From Octopus sinensis (taxonomy: Eukaryota), in assembly GCF_006345805.1 (NCBI RefSeq), contig NC_043001.1:10230001-10294000 (forward strand): 64,000 bases of DNA, written 5' to 3'. Shown piece after piece: positions 51,229 through 64,000 of the stretch. The translations under genes and the position numbers were made by a program. Every line of letters starts with the position of its first letter. Position 1 is the stretch's first letter. The notes under the pieces are model-generated. The model worked only from the letters and a program-made list of their open reading frames with translations. It ran no database searches and had not been told where the DNA came from.

Positions 51229-53334
51229 CTATAATAACTAATTGTTATATAGTGGGCAATATTTGAAATGTTTGCTAAAAGAAAAGAAAAACAAACATGG
51301 CACTGGACTTTAGTTACATGCAAATTTTGGAGAAAAAAATCATTTCTCTAAGGGGCATGTGACTTCAGGTAGGTTTGCCATGAATATATGGGATAAAAAG
51401 AAAGAAAAAATGCAGTAGTATGAAAAGGACTCCCAACCCAAAAGGTACCAAGAAAGTCATTTTCACCTGTCATTATATAATGATGTTATCTCATAAGGCA
51501 GGTGTGCTACTGGGGGATGCTGTGGCATTAAAACATGGAGGATGAATAATGAATGCTGGGAAGACTTCCAAATCAAAGGAAGTTGGTCTGTGAGAAAAGC
51601 AAAAAGTGATAAAATGTAGCTAATTGTAAGACCATCGGTGTAAATGAAATCTAAATGACAGCTAAATGTAAATTCTAGGTGAACTGGAAGTATTTTAGAA
51701 CAAATTATTGAAAAACATTGATTATAGAGCTGTTGACGATGTTTTATTAAATATAATTCAATACACACTTGAGCAGATATAGAGATGCTAATTAGAGTCA
51801 TTAAGAGAGTACCACCTCGTGACAGACATGTAAAAAGTTATTCATAGCGATGAAAAATAATAGTTGTCAAAGTTTGCTAGGTATATATATGGGCATTGCC
51901 TCAGTCACAGAATTCCACATTCCTGAAAGTCTTAGCATTACATAGCATTCTGTTACACAAGACATATTTTACCATTGATTCCATGTTTTAAAATGAGATG
52001 TGTTTCTTTTGTTTTGTTTTTGCTTTTTTTTTTGTCTGTGGTGGCGGTATAATGCACCCACTTTCAATCATGAACATGAAAGTATCAATTTTTCAATACA
52101 CAGAGTATATGTAAAGATGTTTGAAGAGAAATATGTTAAGGAACATAGTTCTATTGTTTGATAGTACTCTCCACAAATGAGTTGCTGCTATGTGATAGGT
52201 AGTACTCGTACTATGGAAGTCTTTGGTAAGGAAGGGGTACTATCTTCTACTTTGTAGTTCATCATCTTTTGCTGCAAAGAGGTGGGGAGAAATCTTATCC
52301 AAAATTGTTTGATGTTTACTGCACCCTATCTCTGCACAACTCAGTATAGGAAATGAGCCCATTATGTAATTGTTCTGTAATATTTAGGCTGCTTTCACAT
52401 TTAGGATTGTTATCCACAAAGACTTGTAGATCTCCTTTCATAAGTGACAGGACTTTAATAATTCAGCTACAGCTTCATTTACAATTTCTTCAGGCACTGC
52501 GTCATTTTGCCATTTGTCACAGTATTTTTCTGAACTTGATGTAGATTTGTAGTGAGTCAGTATGGTTTGCTAAACATCATTCATAGATGGTTTCACTCAT
52601 CCCATTACCAGGCTATGTTACCCACTGTGTTCTCATTGCTGAACTTTTGCCAGAAGTTTCTAACTAGGTATCTCTTCCTTATCAATTTCTTTTGTTGGTT
52701 GTTTCCAAGTTTTCTTAAATGTGGCCTGAACGTTTTCCAAGCTTCAATTACCACGGAGTACATTTGTGCATTGTATAAAAGTGGCACTGCTGTATTGGGT
52801 GTATTACACCTAGCCCTGTGCCTTTGTTCAGCAGGACGAATAAATACTTGTTTACCAAGCTTGGAAAAGACTCATAGTCATTCAAACTTCCTTATTCGGT
52901 AGATATGGTAGATTAAACTGGTCTTATTCTTGAAAGCTCTTGAGTTTGAAGAGCAATACACTAGTAGTAACTTGAATTTCATATCATAAAAATGCATTGG
53001 GCAAATTTAGAAGCTTTGAAACCTAATGCTGACTTTTCTTCACAAGAAATAAGTTCTAGTAGACATACACTTTCAGAAATGGCCAGTTACATCAACATTG
53101 TAGACTTGTTCTCATATATAACTATCTTCAGCAATAATTTTCTCTGGCTTTCCAGAACAATTAGTTGTAGCTTCTGTGTTGGTGTTGACAGCTTTGCTAG
53201 TCATTTTAATGTTGTGCAAATGAAAGCACCTCTTAAATCTTTCAAACAAGTGTTTAATAGCAAGGAAAGATTATGCATTAGAAGGTTACACATTCCAATT
53301 GCAATACAAACTTCTGGATTTCTCTTCAATAACT

Positions 53335-53338
53335 ATCA

Positions 53339-53369
<31 letters not shown>

Positions 53370-53822
53370 AATTGTGTACAGTGCTCAGGTGCACTACAAC
53401 TCATCTAAAGTGTATATATAATCAGGTGTAGTTTCGGCGGATTTCGAAAAGCATGAGGGCCTTAAAGGATGCAGTGTCATGGCAGTCAACAACTGACGCA
53501 GGCAGTTTATTCCATGCTTCAGCAACTCTGAGCGTGAAAAAATGTTTCCGAAAGTCATGGGAGCTGTGTTGTTTTCTGACTTTGTAGGCATGTCCACGTG
53601 TGTTAGACACATGGAGATCAAAAAGGTGTTCAGTGTTGTTGTTGGTGAGGTGGTTGATAACTTTGTGGGTGTTTACCAAGTCCGTTGCCAGCTTCAGTGA
53701 ATCCATGCCCAGGGAAACAAGGCGCTCAGAATATGGTAGGTGTCTGATGGAGGGTATGCGTTTGGTTGCACGTCTCTGGACAGATTCCAGGAGGTCAATG
53801 TTCTGAGCAAGATAAGGATTCC
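53335..53822 (-). mobile_element. CR1-like LINE 3' fragment with (ATT)n tail
   Basis: ORF 53422-53847: PYLAQNIDLLESVQRRATKRI...YSERL...TRGH...FFTLRVAEAWNKLP, the typical CR1-type RT C-terminus; microsatellite tail 53335-53372. Confidence 0.9.
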
Positions 53823-54944
53823 TATGTTTATTCATACGGTAAACCAAGAGACTCTGAGTTCCGTATCAACAAAAATCAGTTGTATTATTACATCAGTCAT
53901 AAAAGTAACAAAATAGAAGGAGGAGTAAAGTGAGAGGAAGTACTTTAATTACACTAATAAGATCCAAGTCAGTTTAATTAGTGCATTCCCAAACAAGATA
54001 GTGCTGAGGAGGAGACAGGTCAATGCTGATGAGTTTGTTGAATTCAGTGGAGACCGAGGCCAGTTGAATTGTTGATCTATGAATGTGGGAGCTGGAAAAG
54101 GGGCTTAAAATCACACTTATTAAGATCTTGATTTATAGAAGTATTTACAATCATCTAAGTTTCTATAAGAGCAGATTTACAGGTCTTATCCCAGATTAAG
54201 TGGTCATATTTTACAATTTCCATGAGGGCAGAATATTGTAACCAGAGTTTCCTTACAATATATTTTATGATTTCATATTTTCTAATCCCAGGGAAATGTC
54301 TGTGTTGGAAAATATAAGTTAGCACTGCATGTTACTTCGTAGTGTAAAAGTGAGTATGGATGAGAAAGGGAGAGAGAGAGAGAGAGGTTGCAACTTCATT
54401 AAAAGAGATCGTGTGATTAGTATTTGTGAATGGAAGTTTGGTGATCAAGATATCAGGATGAATGATTCACAGAAGGAAGTCTGATTTTTAAAGGAAAGAA
54501 GAGAAAAACAAAATGCATTCATGATATCACACGAGCTTGAAGGTTAAGCAGTATAAATATAAAATTCAACAAAGCGAAATCTTTAATTGTTTAGATTTAA
54601 AAATAAATGTTATAGATAGACACTCTGGGTTACCTCAGGCAAATTTATTCCGTCATTAGCTTACAAGATTAAGAAGCAGAACCGAAAGCATAAAAGAAAT
54701 GAATATGGATGGAAATGACAGAAGGCTTGTGTGTGTTTGCGAGAAAAGGAGGCGAACTGTTGGTCTACTGTCTGAATGCAGCAGAATACTTGATTGGAAA
54801 GATTTGTGTTGAAGGCATAGCGATCCCTTGGTATTAACAGTGTCTTTAGAAAAGCCAAACATATTGGGAACAAATTGTGTGGTTAAACAAAGAAAGGAAT
54901 AAAATAAATAGTAGATAAGAAACAAAAGAAATTGTGATAAAGAT

Positions 54945-55336
54945 TCTTTTATTCTTTTATTTGTTTCAGTCAATTGACTGCAGCCATGCTGGAGCACTGC
55001 CTTTAATCAAATAAATCAACCCCAGAACTTATTCTTTGTAGCACTTATTTTATTGCTAAGTTACGGGTACATAAATACACCAGCATCGGTTGTCAAGTGA
55101 TGGGGGGGGGGCAAAAACACACACACACACATATATATATACATATATATATACACACACACACACCACACACACACACACACACAATGGGCTCCTTTCA
55201 GTTTCTGTCTACCAAATCCACTCACAAGGCTTTGGTCGGCCCGAGGCTATAGTAAAAGACACTTGCCCAAGGTGCTACACTGTGGGACTGAACCTGGAAC
55301 CATGTGGCTGGTAAGCAAGCTACTTACCACACAGCT
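54945..55336 (-). mobile_element. Family B SINE
   Basis: Colinear with the other family B copies, with a small internal deletion. Confidence 0.9.
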
Positions 55337-56387
55337 GCCAACATAATATGGCAGTCCTGGTTTAGGACAAAAGTTACTGTAATTTAGCCCCAGGAGACAT
55401 CGTCTCCAGCTGACTATACAACACAATCTGTGTCCTTATATTTTTTTCAAACAGGGGAACCTAGCACCCCAACTCAGCTCAAAACAATATCTGTGTATCG
55501 CAATTTCCAGAGTACTGTTGCTGAATATCTTTCATTGTGAGATTTACAAATACTAATTTTCTAAAAGAAATTGTGTTAGAATAAAGTCGTTGCTTATGTA
55601 TACAAATACAGAATTCTGAACTGTTTGAAAGCTAAACAATTATTATAAAAGTACTGTTTGTAATAAAATAAATAAAGCAGGATTTCTCTTCCTATAATGG
55701 TCAGTAAACTGTTAGTAGCATGGCATTTTGACCTATGGTTGTTTAGTATGATATATAAATAATGCACTATACTGCACATTATCATAGAGTGCCTACAAAA
55801 TCCATGGGTGTAGCCTATTCTTTCCAACAAAAGAATGGAAATAAAAAAAAGTACACGAAAGACTGAGTACAACCCATTTCTGTCAATTAAGAAGTGTGGT
55901 AACTTCTTGGTTCATACCTCACAAGCAAAACAGATACCCCAGAGACCACTATAAAACAAAGGATGACAGCATGCCTACAGGGAGATATAACCATCCTCTT
56001 AGATAACTAGTTCTTTACATAGAAGGATTTTAAAATAGTAATAAGGTTCAAAAGATATAAATGTCAAAATTTTGGCAGATTCAGAAGCAATTGGCACACT
56101 TTGCTTTTATAATAATAAATTGGTACAAGATTACTGACCTATATATGTTTAGATGTTTGGAAAACATCTGGCACTCTCAAGGTTTCAGAAATATAAGTCT
56201 TCATTTCTGATACATCCTTTATAGAACATTGACCATATGCTTCTCCAGCTCCACTTTTATGCACACACACATGAACATGTGTGTATTTACTTGTTTTCTG
56301 CATTTATAATCAGAAACATGCTCATCATAATTTCTCTTGTATATATTTTTTGGGATGGTTGTTTGGCAAGTGGTTGATGCAGGCAGA

Positions 56388-56437
56388 GAATAATAATAAT
56401 AATAATAATAATAATATAATAATAATAATAATAATAA
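56388..56437. repeat. (AAT)n microsatellite; continues at 56812-56858 and 57205-57272
   Basis: Direct read. Confidence 0.95.
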
Positions 56438-56811
56438 CTAGCAGTATCGCCCGGCGTTGCTCAGGTTTGTAAGGGAAATAACTATAAAGCATTTTTAGAG
56501 AGTTATAGCCAAAAAAATGGGAAAAAATGATGGTAAATTTTTTTGGAGAGTTAAAAAAGGTGGAGTTGCGTCCCCTAGACAGTTTGTGGTTTGTGTTTCT
56601 GATTCTCGACCCCATGTCGAATTTATCGATTTTTTTCAGAACTTGGGGAACTTTTAAAAATTTTCTCTGCGTTAGTTTTGAATTATGACATTGGGCTATG
56701 TGTGTGTCAAGTTTCATCAGAATCGGTTGAAAGCCGTGGTCAGGGTGAGGGTACAAGCAAACAGACACACAGAAACACGCACAGACAAACTGCCGTTTAT
56801 ATAGAGAGAGA
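56438..56811 (-). mobile_element. Non-autonomous Helitron
   Basis: Minus strand starts TC(tctctctatataaac), ends with hairpin cctgagcaacgccggg and CTAG, inserted at A|T with no TSD. Confidence 0.85.
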
Positions 56812-56819
56812 TAATAATA

Positions 56820-56858
<39 letters not shown>

Positions 56859-56859
<1 letters not shown>

Positions 56860-57205
56860 CGGCAGATGACAACGTGTCTCTAAAAGAAATGGAGAAACTT
56901 TCAAAATACAAAGACCTGGAAATAGAGGTAACTCAAATGTGGAATCTAAAAACAGAAACAATTCCTATCATAGTAGGTGCATTAGGTATGATAAACAAAA
57001 AATATTCATACAAATACATAACAAAAACACCAGGACTTACAAACACATATACATACAGAAAATTGCGCTACTGGGCACTGCAAACATCCTACGCAAAACT
57101 CTTTCAATACAGTAACCATCACAACAAATCGCAACACATACCCAAGGCACACAGAGCTGCGCTCGGTAGTGAAGTGAAAGCACGCTATAAAAATAAAACT
57201 ACTGA
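56859..57205 (+). mobile_element. Dong/R4-type (RLE) LINE 3' fragment in (TAA)n
   Basis: PADDNVSLKEMEKLSKYKDLEIEVTQMWNLKTETIPIIVGALG is typical of the restriction-like endonuclease C-terminus; flanked by (AAT)n, the known Dong target. Confidence 0.85.
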
Positions 57206-57774
57206 ATAATAATAATAATAATGATAATAATAATAATAATAATAACAATAATAATAATAATAATGATGATGATCATTCATCTTGATACTCATATACCACC
57301 TATATTTGTAATAATAGCAATAATAATGCATAATAACATTAGGAAGAAAGGTTTGGAGCAGTAGTACCAGGTTGAGTAAAGCTATATGCAAATATTCCAC
57401 AACCTTAAAAAAAATATCCATTACCATCAAATGAAATAAGAAACAGATACCCACAAACATATTTATGCTTTTTTTCCCTTTATTATCACATCTGATGTTA
57501 AAGCACTTTTTTTATGTAATTTATTTTTGCATAAAGTTGTGTAGGGTTTTTTGTTTTTTTTTTGTTTGTTTATTTCATTGCTCTTTAGTTTGTGAATGTA
57601 TTGCTAACATCTGCACTGTTGGCCGACTACCACACGAAAAGTAAATGCACTAATGGAGTGCAAATGAAACCAACTCTACAGTAAGTCAACTTGTAACAAA
57701 TAGTAACAGAAAAAAAGGTGCTTGAAGCATTTTTTTTTTTTTTTTAATTTGATGCTTAAGATAGGACTAAAATT

Positions 57775-58201
57775 GGATCTTTTCGGATTGAACGCCAGTT
57801 TTTTAAAATAATTTCCACGTAACTAAACACTTTTAAACTTCGTATACTGGTAGAATGTGTTTATAAAACATCTTTTTCTCTTGGCTTTATTGAGAAAATT
57901 CTATAGTTTGTAAGATATTTGTTGTTTTTTTTCTTTAATTTCTGCAATTTCAACCAATCAATGACGTCTATTGAGGTGAAAACATTCTGTGCCGTATGAA
58001 TATATCCCTTGTTTAAGAAACAGATTGGGTTTATTTACATTTCTGAAGAAAAAAAGATCCCCTTCCCCCCACCCCTAACCCTAACGAACGCTAACCCTAA
58101 AACATATTGAAATGCAATAGATCGATACTAGGGTCATAATTATGGGTGACAATTTCATATGACACCACTAGAAAAAACTGCCGTTCAAACCAAAAAGATC
58201 C
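57775..58201. mobile_element. MITE with about 30-bp TIRs and 8-bp TSD, carrying CCCTAA repeats
   Basis: ggatcttttcggattgaacgccagtttttt ... aaaaaactgccgttcaaaccaaaaagatcc; TSD ctaaaatt at 57767-57774 and 58202-58209. Confidence 0.9.
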
Positions 58202-60267
58202 CTAAAATTGAAGTATAAAAACCACAACTTTAAGAAATAATCTGAATAAAGGGTCAGACTTTCTTCAAGAGATTTGTGAATAAACAAGATACAGAGAAAA
58301 GCACATGACCATATTAAATGAATATCTTAAGTGCATCCTGCCTTAGAATATGACTACATTTTATACTTATATACAGAGTAAATAATCCTGTTTTCTTTGT
58401 AACTTTGCATCTAACAGCCTAGTTAATTTAACAAGATTTATGTTAAAGGTGTCAGACGTAAAAGTAGAAAAAATATATTTATAAGGAAATACAAACAATA
58501 AACAAGAAAGAAGCAAAACAAAATGAGCTGAGCATTTAAGTTATGATTACTATAAGCATAAATCAGGAAGATAGATTGAATAAATGCAAAACAGACAAAC
58601 AAATAACTAATAAAATTTGAACTATCATAACAAGAAAAGCAAACAACTACTTAGGAAAAATATAAACAATTAAATACGAGAAAAATTTAATGGCAGACAG
58701 ATCTAAAGTTGAAATTTGTGCTTATGGCAATATTATAAAGGTGGAAATAGTTAAAGAATTAAAATCAATAACTCTTTCAATAGATGAATGAAAGACCTTT
58801 TTGAAGTTTAAAAAAAGTAATGATAAAATGACAACAACAAAATGAAAATGAAATTGTTATCTTGATAAAATAGTTATTTGTCAGAATTGGTAGAATGCTG
58901 GACAAAATAGTGTAATTTAGTTGTCAAAATTTATATTCTGATGTTAGCTGTCCCTTTCAATAAAGTAAGTACCAGTTGTATACTGGGGGCAAATCTTTTC
59001 AACATTACTATTTGAAGACCCTCCACTGATGTTAGAAAACCAGTATTGTCAGGATCCAGTAAATAATTAATGGAATGCCAATTACTGTGGAAATGCAAAA
59101 AGAGTTCCTGGTCAGAACATTTTGTATTGGAACAGTTTAAGGCTTAAAGAATGCGTAAAATCACCAAAGAGCTCTCAACTGTTAATGACAACAGCAAAAG
59201 ATACACAAATGGAAAAGAAAATAAAAATGAATGCTGCAAAGATATGAGTTAACAGCAAAGATTATAATAGTCATTTATTGAAGGACCGAGAAATAAGATT
59301 GCATATTCCACATGTTCTCCTCGTGTGCATTAACTGTGTAAATTAAGATGGACTGACTTTTGATAGGGAAATAGGCCAGTTTAGTGAAGTCGGATTACAG
59401 GAAGATTACCAGTGTCTGCTATAACAAACCTTAATTTTCTCTGAAATAATCTGTAAATTATTGTAACATCAAAATTATTGTAACATGTGCAGGCTATCAT
59501 GCATACACGTGCACACAAGATCAGCAAGAATATGTGTACTGTGGGTCTGAAATAAGGATGCTTATTATAATTAGTAATCTGTAATTACTGCCATCCTTGT
59601 TAACACTTTTGCTAATATATATATATATACACACACACAGAGTCTATTATAACATTAAGATCTGTCACATCAAGATTAGGCCATGTTTAATAAGTTTTAA
59701 TTAATACAGAAGTATTAATTACTGTTGACTACAGGGAAGAGATATTGTTTTAGTCTGTAGAGGCCCAAAGCCAGTATTTCATTAGGGATGAGTTTAGTCA
59801 GTTGCATTGACCTCGTTACTTTTATTGAAGCAGTTAGCTGGCTTATACTAATTGCCAGGCACTTAGAATTTTTATTATAGTTTAGAAAGAGAATAATATT
59901 AATTTCTTTTTCCTTTGCATCAAGTGAAATAGAATCGCCCTTAACATTTTTTTTTTTTTGTATTGTCTTCAATTAGAGTTCATGGTTGCATATTACTGTA
60001 TAGTTTTCAATATCAAGTCTATGGCTTCTTTTCTCTTAAGGCAATCACAACTTTCCATTGACACAAACTTGTTCTTTAACCTCTACCATACCTTTTACAC
60101 GAAACAAGACTGAAGATTAATTTCTAAACAATCCAGAAAGTATTAACTTGCTAATTAAATTGTTCAAAAAAAAAAAAAAACTTGCAATAGCCATAGCTGT
60201 TTTATTTTTCCTGTCCAAAAGTTGTTGGACAAATAGATTGGCTCAAGTATTAAGAGTTAATAGTCCT

Positions 60268-60536
60268 TGGGGTACTTTGATTTTGCGATAACCAGAATCA
60301 TGAAGTCTAACTTCAGAGTGGCATGTAATATCGATGTTATATTTGGAGAGAGTGTGCATCGTTAGTGCCTGTGTTTCTTCATGCATCAGGGATCTGATGT
60401 TCCAAAAGCCAAAGAAATGCAGTTGTTAGACTCAAATCACCAGGTCTGGTCGGCGTTTGTGAGAGATGCAGCATTGAGGATGAATGAAGCCAGCTCAGCC
60501 CACCCCGGGTGAATGCTGTCTCAAGACAAGATGACA
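60268..60536 (-). pseudogene. RTE-type APE endonuclease N-terminal fragment plus upstream sequence
   Basis: Minus-strand translation GFWNIRSLMHEETQALTMHTLSKYNIDITCHSEVRLHDSG (WNxRxL and DIxxxSExR motifs). Confidence 0.8.
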
Positions 60537-60633
60537 AGTTAATAGTCCTGTTTTAGTCAAAATGGCATAGTAAATACCTTTTGTTGGTTGTCTTTTAACC
60601 AATGTCTTACCTGAGGATTTGGCATAGTGTTTA

Positions 60634-61020
60634 TTACTCTTTTACTTGTTTCAGTCATTTGACTGCAGCCATGCTGGAGCACCACCTTTAGTCGAACAAA
60701 TCAACCCTGGGACTTATTCTTTGTAAGCCCAATACTTATTCTATCGGTCTCTTTTGCCGAACTACTAAGTGGCGGGGACGTAAACACACCAGCATCGGTT
60801 GTCAAGCAATGCTAGGGGGACAAACACAGACACACATACATATATATGTATATATATATACATATATATGACAGGCTTCTTTCAGTTTCCGTCTACCAAA
60901 TCCACTCACAAGGCATTGGTCGGCCCGAGGCTATAGCAGAAGACACTTGCCCAAGGTGCCACACAGTGGGACTGAACCCGGAACCATGTGGTTGGTAAGC
61001 AAGCTACTTACCACACAGTC
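60634..61020 (-). mobile_element. Young family B SINE
   Basis: Near-consensus copy, colinear with 39517-39912. Confidence 0.92.
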
Positions 61021-62861
61021 ACTATTTACAAACATTTCAATTTTATTTTTTGAACATGAGAAATGAAAATTCAGGGGAAATAAATTTATGATTTGTGGTG
61101 TTTATGATACTATAGCACCCTAAATTGGTGTAAATTTGTGTTAAAATCATTTTTGTTATAAGTGAATTTGCGTATTGTTGCCATTTTGATTCTAAACACT
61201 CTGAACTAAGGATGTCATTACAACTGCTAAAAATAGCAGCCAGATATCATTCAGATCTCACTTTACTCTTCTACGGGAGTGAGAACTACACACTGGATAT
61301 TTCTTTATATGATTAAAAAGTCTATGGTAGTCACAGCCAGTGAACCCTTTGGTCATATGTTTCCTTGATTAGAACTGGGTCTGGAATTAAACAACTTATT
61401 AAACATCTGTTAATAAGCCAAAAAAAAGGAAAAAGATATATTATTAGATTTTCATGAGTCATTTTAATGATATGTTATGTATGTTATGATGAGTGAAATT
61501 CTCCTGGGATTATCATTTTATTACATAAAATTTCTCCATTAAAAGAAAAATACTTTTTTTCTTTTTAATTAAACTACTGACAAGTTAACTTATTTGAAGT
61601 CTTAATATTACAACGTTTAGGTGAAGATGAAACAATCTTCTTCGATAAAGTTTGTAGTTAAAAATGTTTGGTGTTGGACTGGATTGAAGTTTTCAGAATT
61701 TTTTTTTTTTTTTTTTTCTTCAAAAGAGCTGTTGAAAGATGTTGCTTTCTACAGAGTAAACCTAATCGTATATAACGAGCAGAACAGTTTCTATGTAGAG
61801 ATAAAAATAAGAAACCACTCGGTCAAGGAATTTTTACTGACATCTAGCTTTCCTTATGTTCTTTTTTTAAAAATTACCTTAATTTTATTTATAGGCTAAT
61901 TTTCAGAGATGTCCTACACTTGGGTATACTAAATTTAAACTTCAGCTGCTAATTGAGAGAAAGTTAGCTTTTATTTCGAACCAGATGCCAATTTTCTATC
62001 TTCAGAACCATGATTACACATTAGGTTTTTAAATTGTCAGTAAACAAAATGACTCTGAATCGGTTTTACATGTCTTCAAACCAACAGCATATCGCTTGGT
62101 GATAAGTCTTCTATTTTCTACTTCTTTATTCTATTTAATTTGATAGCAGTTGTCAGCATAATCTAATTGGTTAAAAGTTTCAGTTTTTGACTGGCCAAAA
62201 TGGGCTCCGTTCCAATTTAACACTGAATGTTTGACATTCTTGCTTGATTGGTGTTTACCTTGCAAATTGAAGCCAAAGTATGATAGAGACATGCTAATGA
62301 GTATATGGTTCAAACTCAAGGACGAGAAATTATAGCTTTTCTGCCTATAAATAACCAGATAATTCTGGAGCTATCTTTTGATATCCGTATAAGAAAATTT
62401 CAACTTGTAAAACTGAAATATTTCAATTTTCAAACTTGTGTCTTGCTATGCTTAAAACATCTCTGCTTTATAGCAAGCCAATAAGATATTTCTGTATCCT
62501 AGCATTTTTTTTTTTTTAACTGCATGTGTTTTTCTATGTATAGCATATATATAAATGTGTATATATATATATATACATGTGTCTGTATGTTATAAAAACA
62601 TTTCATTACTGAATAAGTAAAGTTTTCATACAGAAAAAAAGGAAAATAGAGAACTGTTACTTCATACTTTTGATTCTTGGAATTTTCAGGAATTCTTATC
62701 TAATGAAGGTTGACGAGAAAATTTTAGGATGGATTGTCTCTAAATTAGAAAAAGAATATATTTATTGTATCCTGTGGATCTGGTTAGAAAATTGAGAATA
62801 TTCCCCAATTTTCAAAATTTAGCAAATTTTCAACATTTTTTTTGTTCACATCATTACACTA

Positions 62862-63830
62862 CAGGGTACAGTGAATAAATTGTCATCTTAATTATGAGAA
62901 AATGAAAACAACACTGACATCTCATTTTAACAGATATATTTACCAAAACTACGGCCTCCAGACGACTTCAGAATCTCATACAGCTCTTCTGGATGGTCTC
63001 TTTAAGTTGGTCAATGCTGCCATAATTTTTACCTTCAGGTCATCTTTGGTGTTAGGAGTTTTGTTGATCTCTCGCTCAACTGTGCCCCATGCATAATAAC
63101 CAAGGGGGTTGCAGTCTGGGGAGTTAGGTGGCCAGATGTTAGGGGTAATGTGGTTGCAGAAATTGTCTGACGGCCATGACTGGGTTCTCCTGCTTTTGTG
63201 ACATAGTGCAGAGTCTTTTTGCCAGACATAGGGTCTTTCAGCAGCCACCCTCTTGACCCAGGGCAGCACTACTTCCTGCAGGCACTTGATGTGGGCCTCC
63301 GTGTTGAGGCTGAAGTCATATGGGAAGATGAATGGAGGCATAACGTCACCATCACTAGTGATCACTCCAAACACCATGATGTTGACTGGATGCTTGTTTT
63401 TTATCACTCTCAGTACATGTTTTGGGGACACAGCAAGCCAATGGTTGTTCTGTGTGTTCACCATCTGATTCTGGCAGAAATATTTTCTCGTCTGAGAAAA
63501 ATCAAAGCCTGTTCAGTTGGGGGGGATGCTTGAGTTGGTTCAAAAGCATTGTAGCATAGTCTTTCCTCCTGTCCTTGATGGCTTGGGATAAAAATTGGCC
63601 CTCTGTCGTCTTGTATGAGGAATACCGAATGGCTTCATGCAGTACCTGCCTGATAAGAAACTCAGGCACTCCCTGGCAATGGATCTGACTGACTTGGAGA
63701 GTGTTGTCAATCATGGCCTGGATCTCAACAACAAATTCAGGAGTTCTTTTCTTATCAGAATGAGTTTTCCAAGCTGCCATACCTTCATAATCACCATTAG
63801 ACTCCTCCAAATCTTTTGGAATTTATTGCG
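62862..63830 (-). mobile_element. Decayed maT (DD37D) Tc1/mariner transposon, 5'-truncated
   Basis: ORF 62976-63464: MVFGVI...WQKDSALCH...WPPNSPDCNPLG(D)Y with 37 residues between the 2nd and (mutated) 3rd Asp; terminus TA|CAGGGT at 62860-62867. Confidence 0.88.
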
Positions 63831-63834
63831 AATG

Positions 63835-64000
63835 ATATTTGCCTCTCAAACCCTCTTTCATGGGGCCGAAGAGATGATAGTCCAGTGACAAGGAAGTGAA
63901 AACAGTAGTGAAGAGGTGGCTCAAAGAAGAGTCAACAGAATTTTACGGGGCAGGGATACATGCTCTCATTCGAAGGTGGAACATTGTTATTGAGAGAAAC
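63835..64000 (+). mobile_element. mariner transposase C-terminal fragment with a small internal inversion
   Basis: Plus strand SSDKEVKTVVKRWLKEESTEFYGAGIHALIRRWNIVIERN from 63881; minus strand DYHLFGPMKEGLRGK at 63882-63838. Confidence 0.85.

Noticed and set aside
52100-53300. Possible ancient minus-strand LINE
   Set aside because: Only vague motif hints; too decayed to support a call by eye.
58073-58100. Telomere or fusion remnant
   Set aside because: Only a few hexamers, inside a TIR/TSD-defined MITE.

Overview
Eukaryotic, AT-rich, repeat-dense 64-kb window with no intact long protein-coding ORF. The SINE/LINE/DNA-transposon content resembles that of coleoid cephalopods (Octopus-like); this is an inference from repeat types. 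It reads like part of a very long intron or introns of a + strand gene: one good 54-nt cassette-exon candidate (12764-12817), a possible microexon (26150-26162) and a strong zero-length recursive splice site candidate (49887/49888). Repeats: four SINE-like families (CORE-like, Nin/Deu-like, tRNA-head modular with V-like domain, and a (GAT)n-tailed family with tandem pseudoknot-like units), RTE, CR1-like and Dong/R4 LINE fragments, mariner and maT (DD37D) relics, piggyBac-like and 8-bp-TSD MITEs, a non-autonomous Helitron and many microsatellites. The most striking item is a zero-spacer head-to-head palindrome (45525-46029) with a 13-bp target-site duplication. Each arm is a tRNA-like Pol III head followed by a minimal Penelope-type hammerhead ribozyme, and there is a one-sided tail, suggesting a SINE mobilised by Penelope-like elements. 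Two further hammerhead-bearing Penelope-like units lie at about 5.7-7.1 kb and 16.6-16.8 kb. Coordinates were counted by eye; boundaries of degenerate repeats are approximate.
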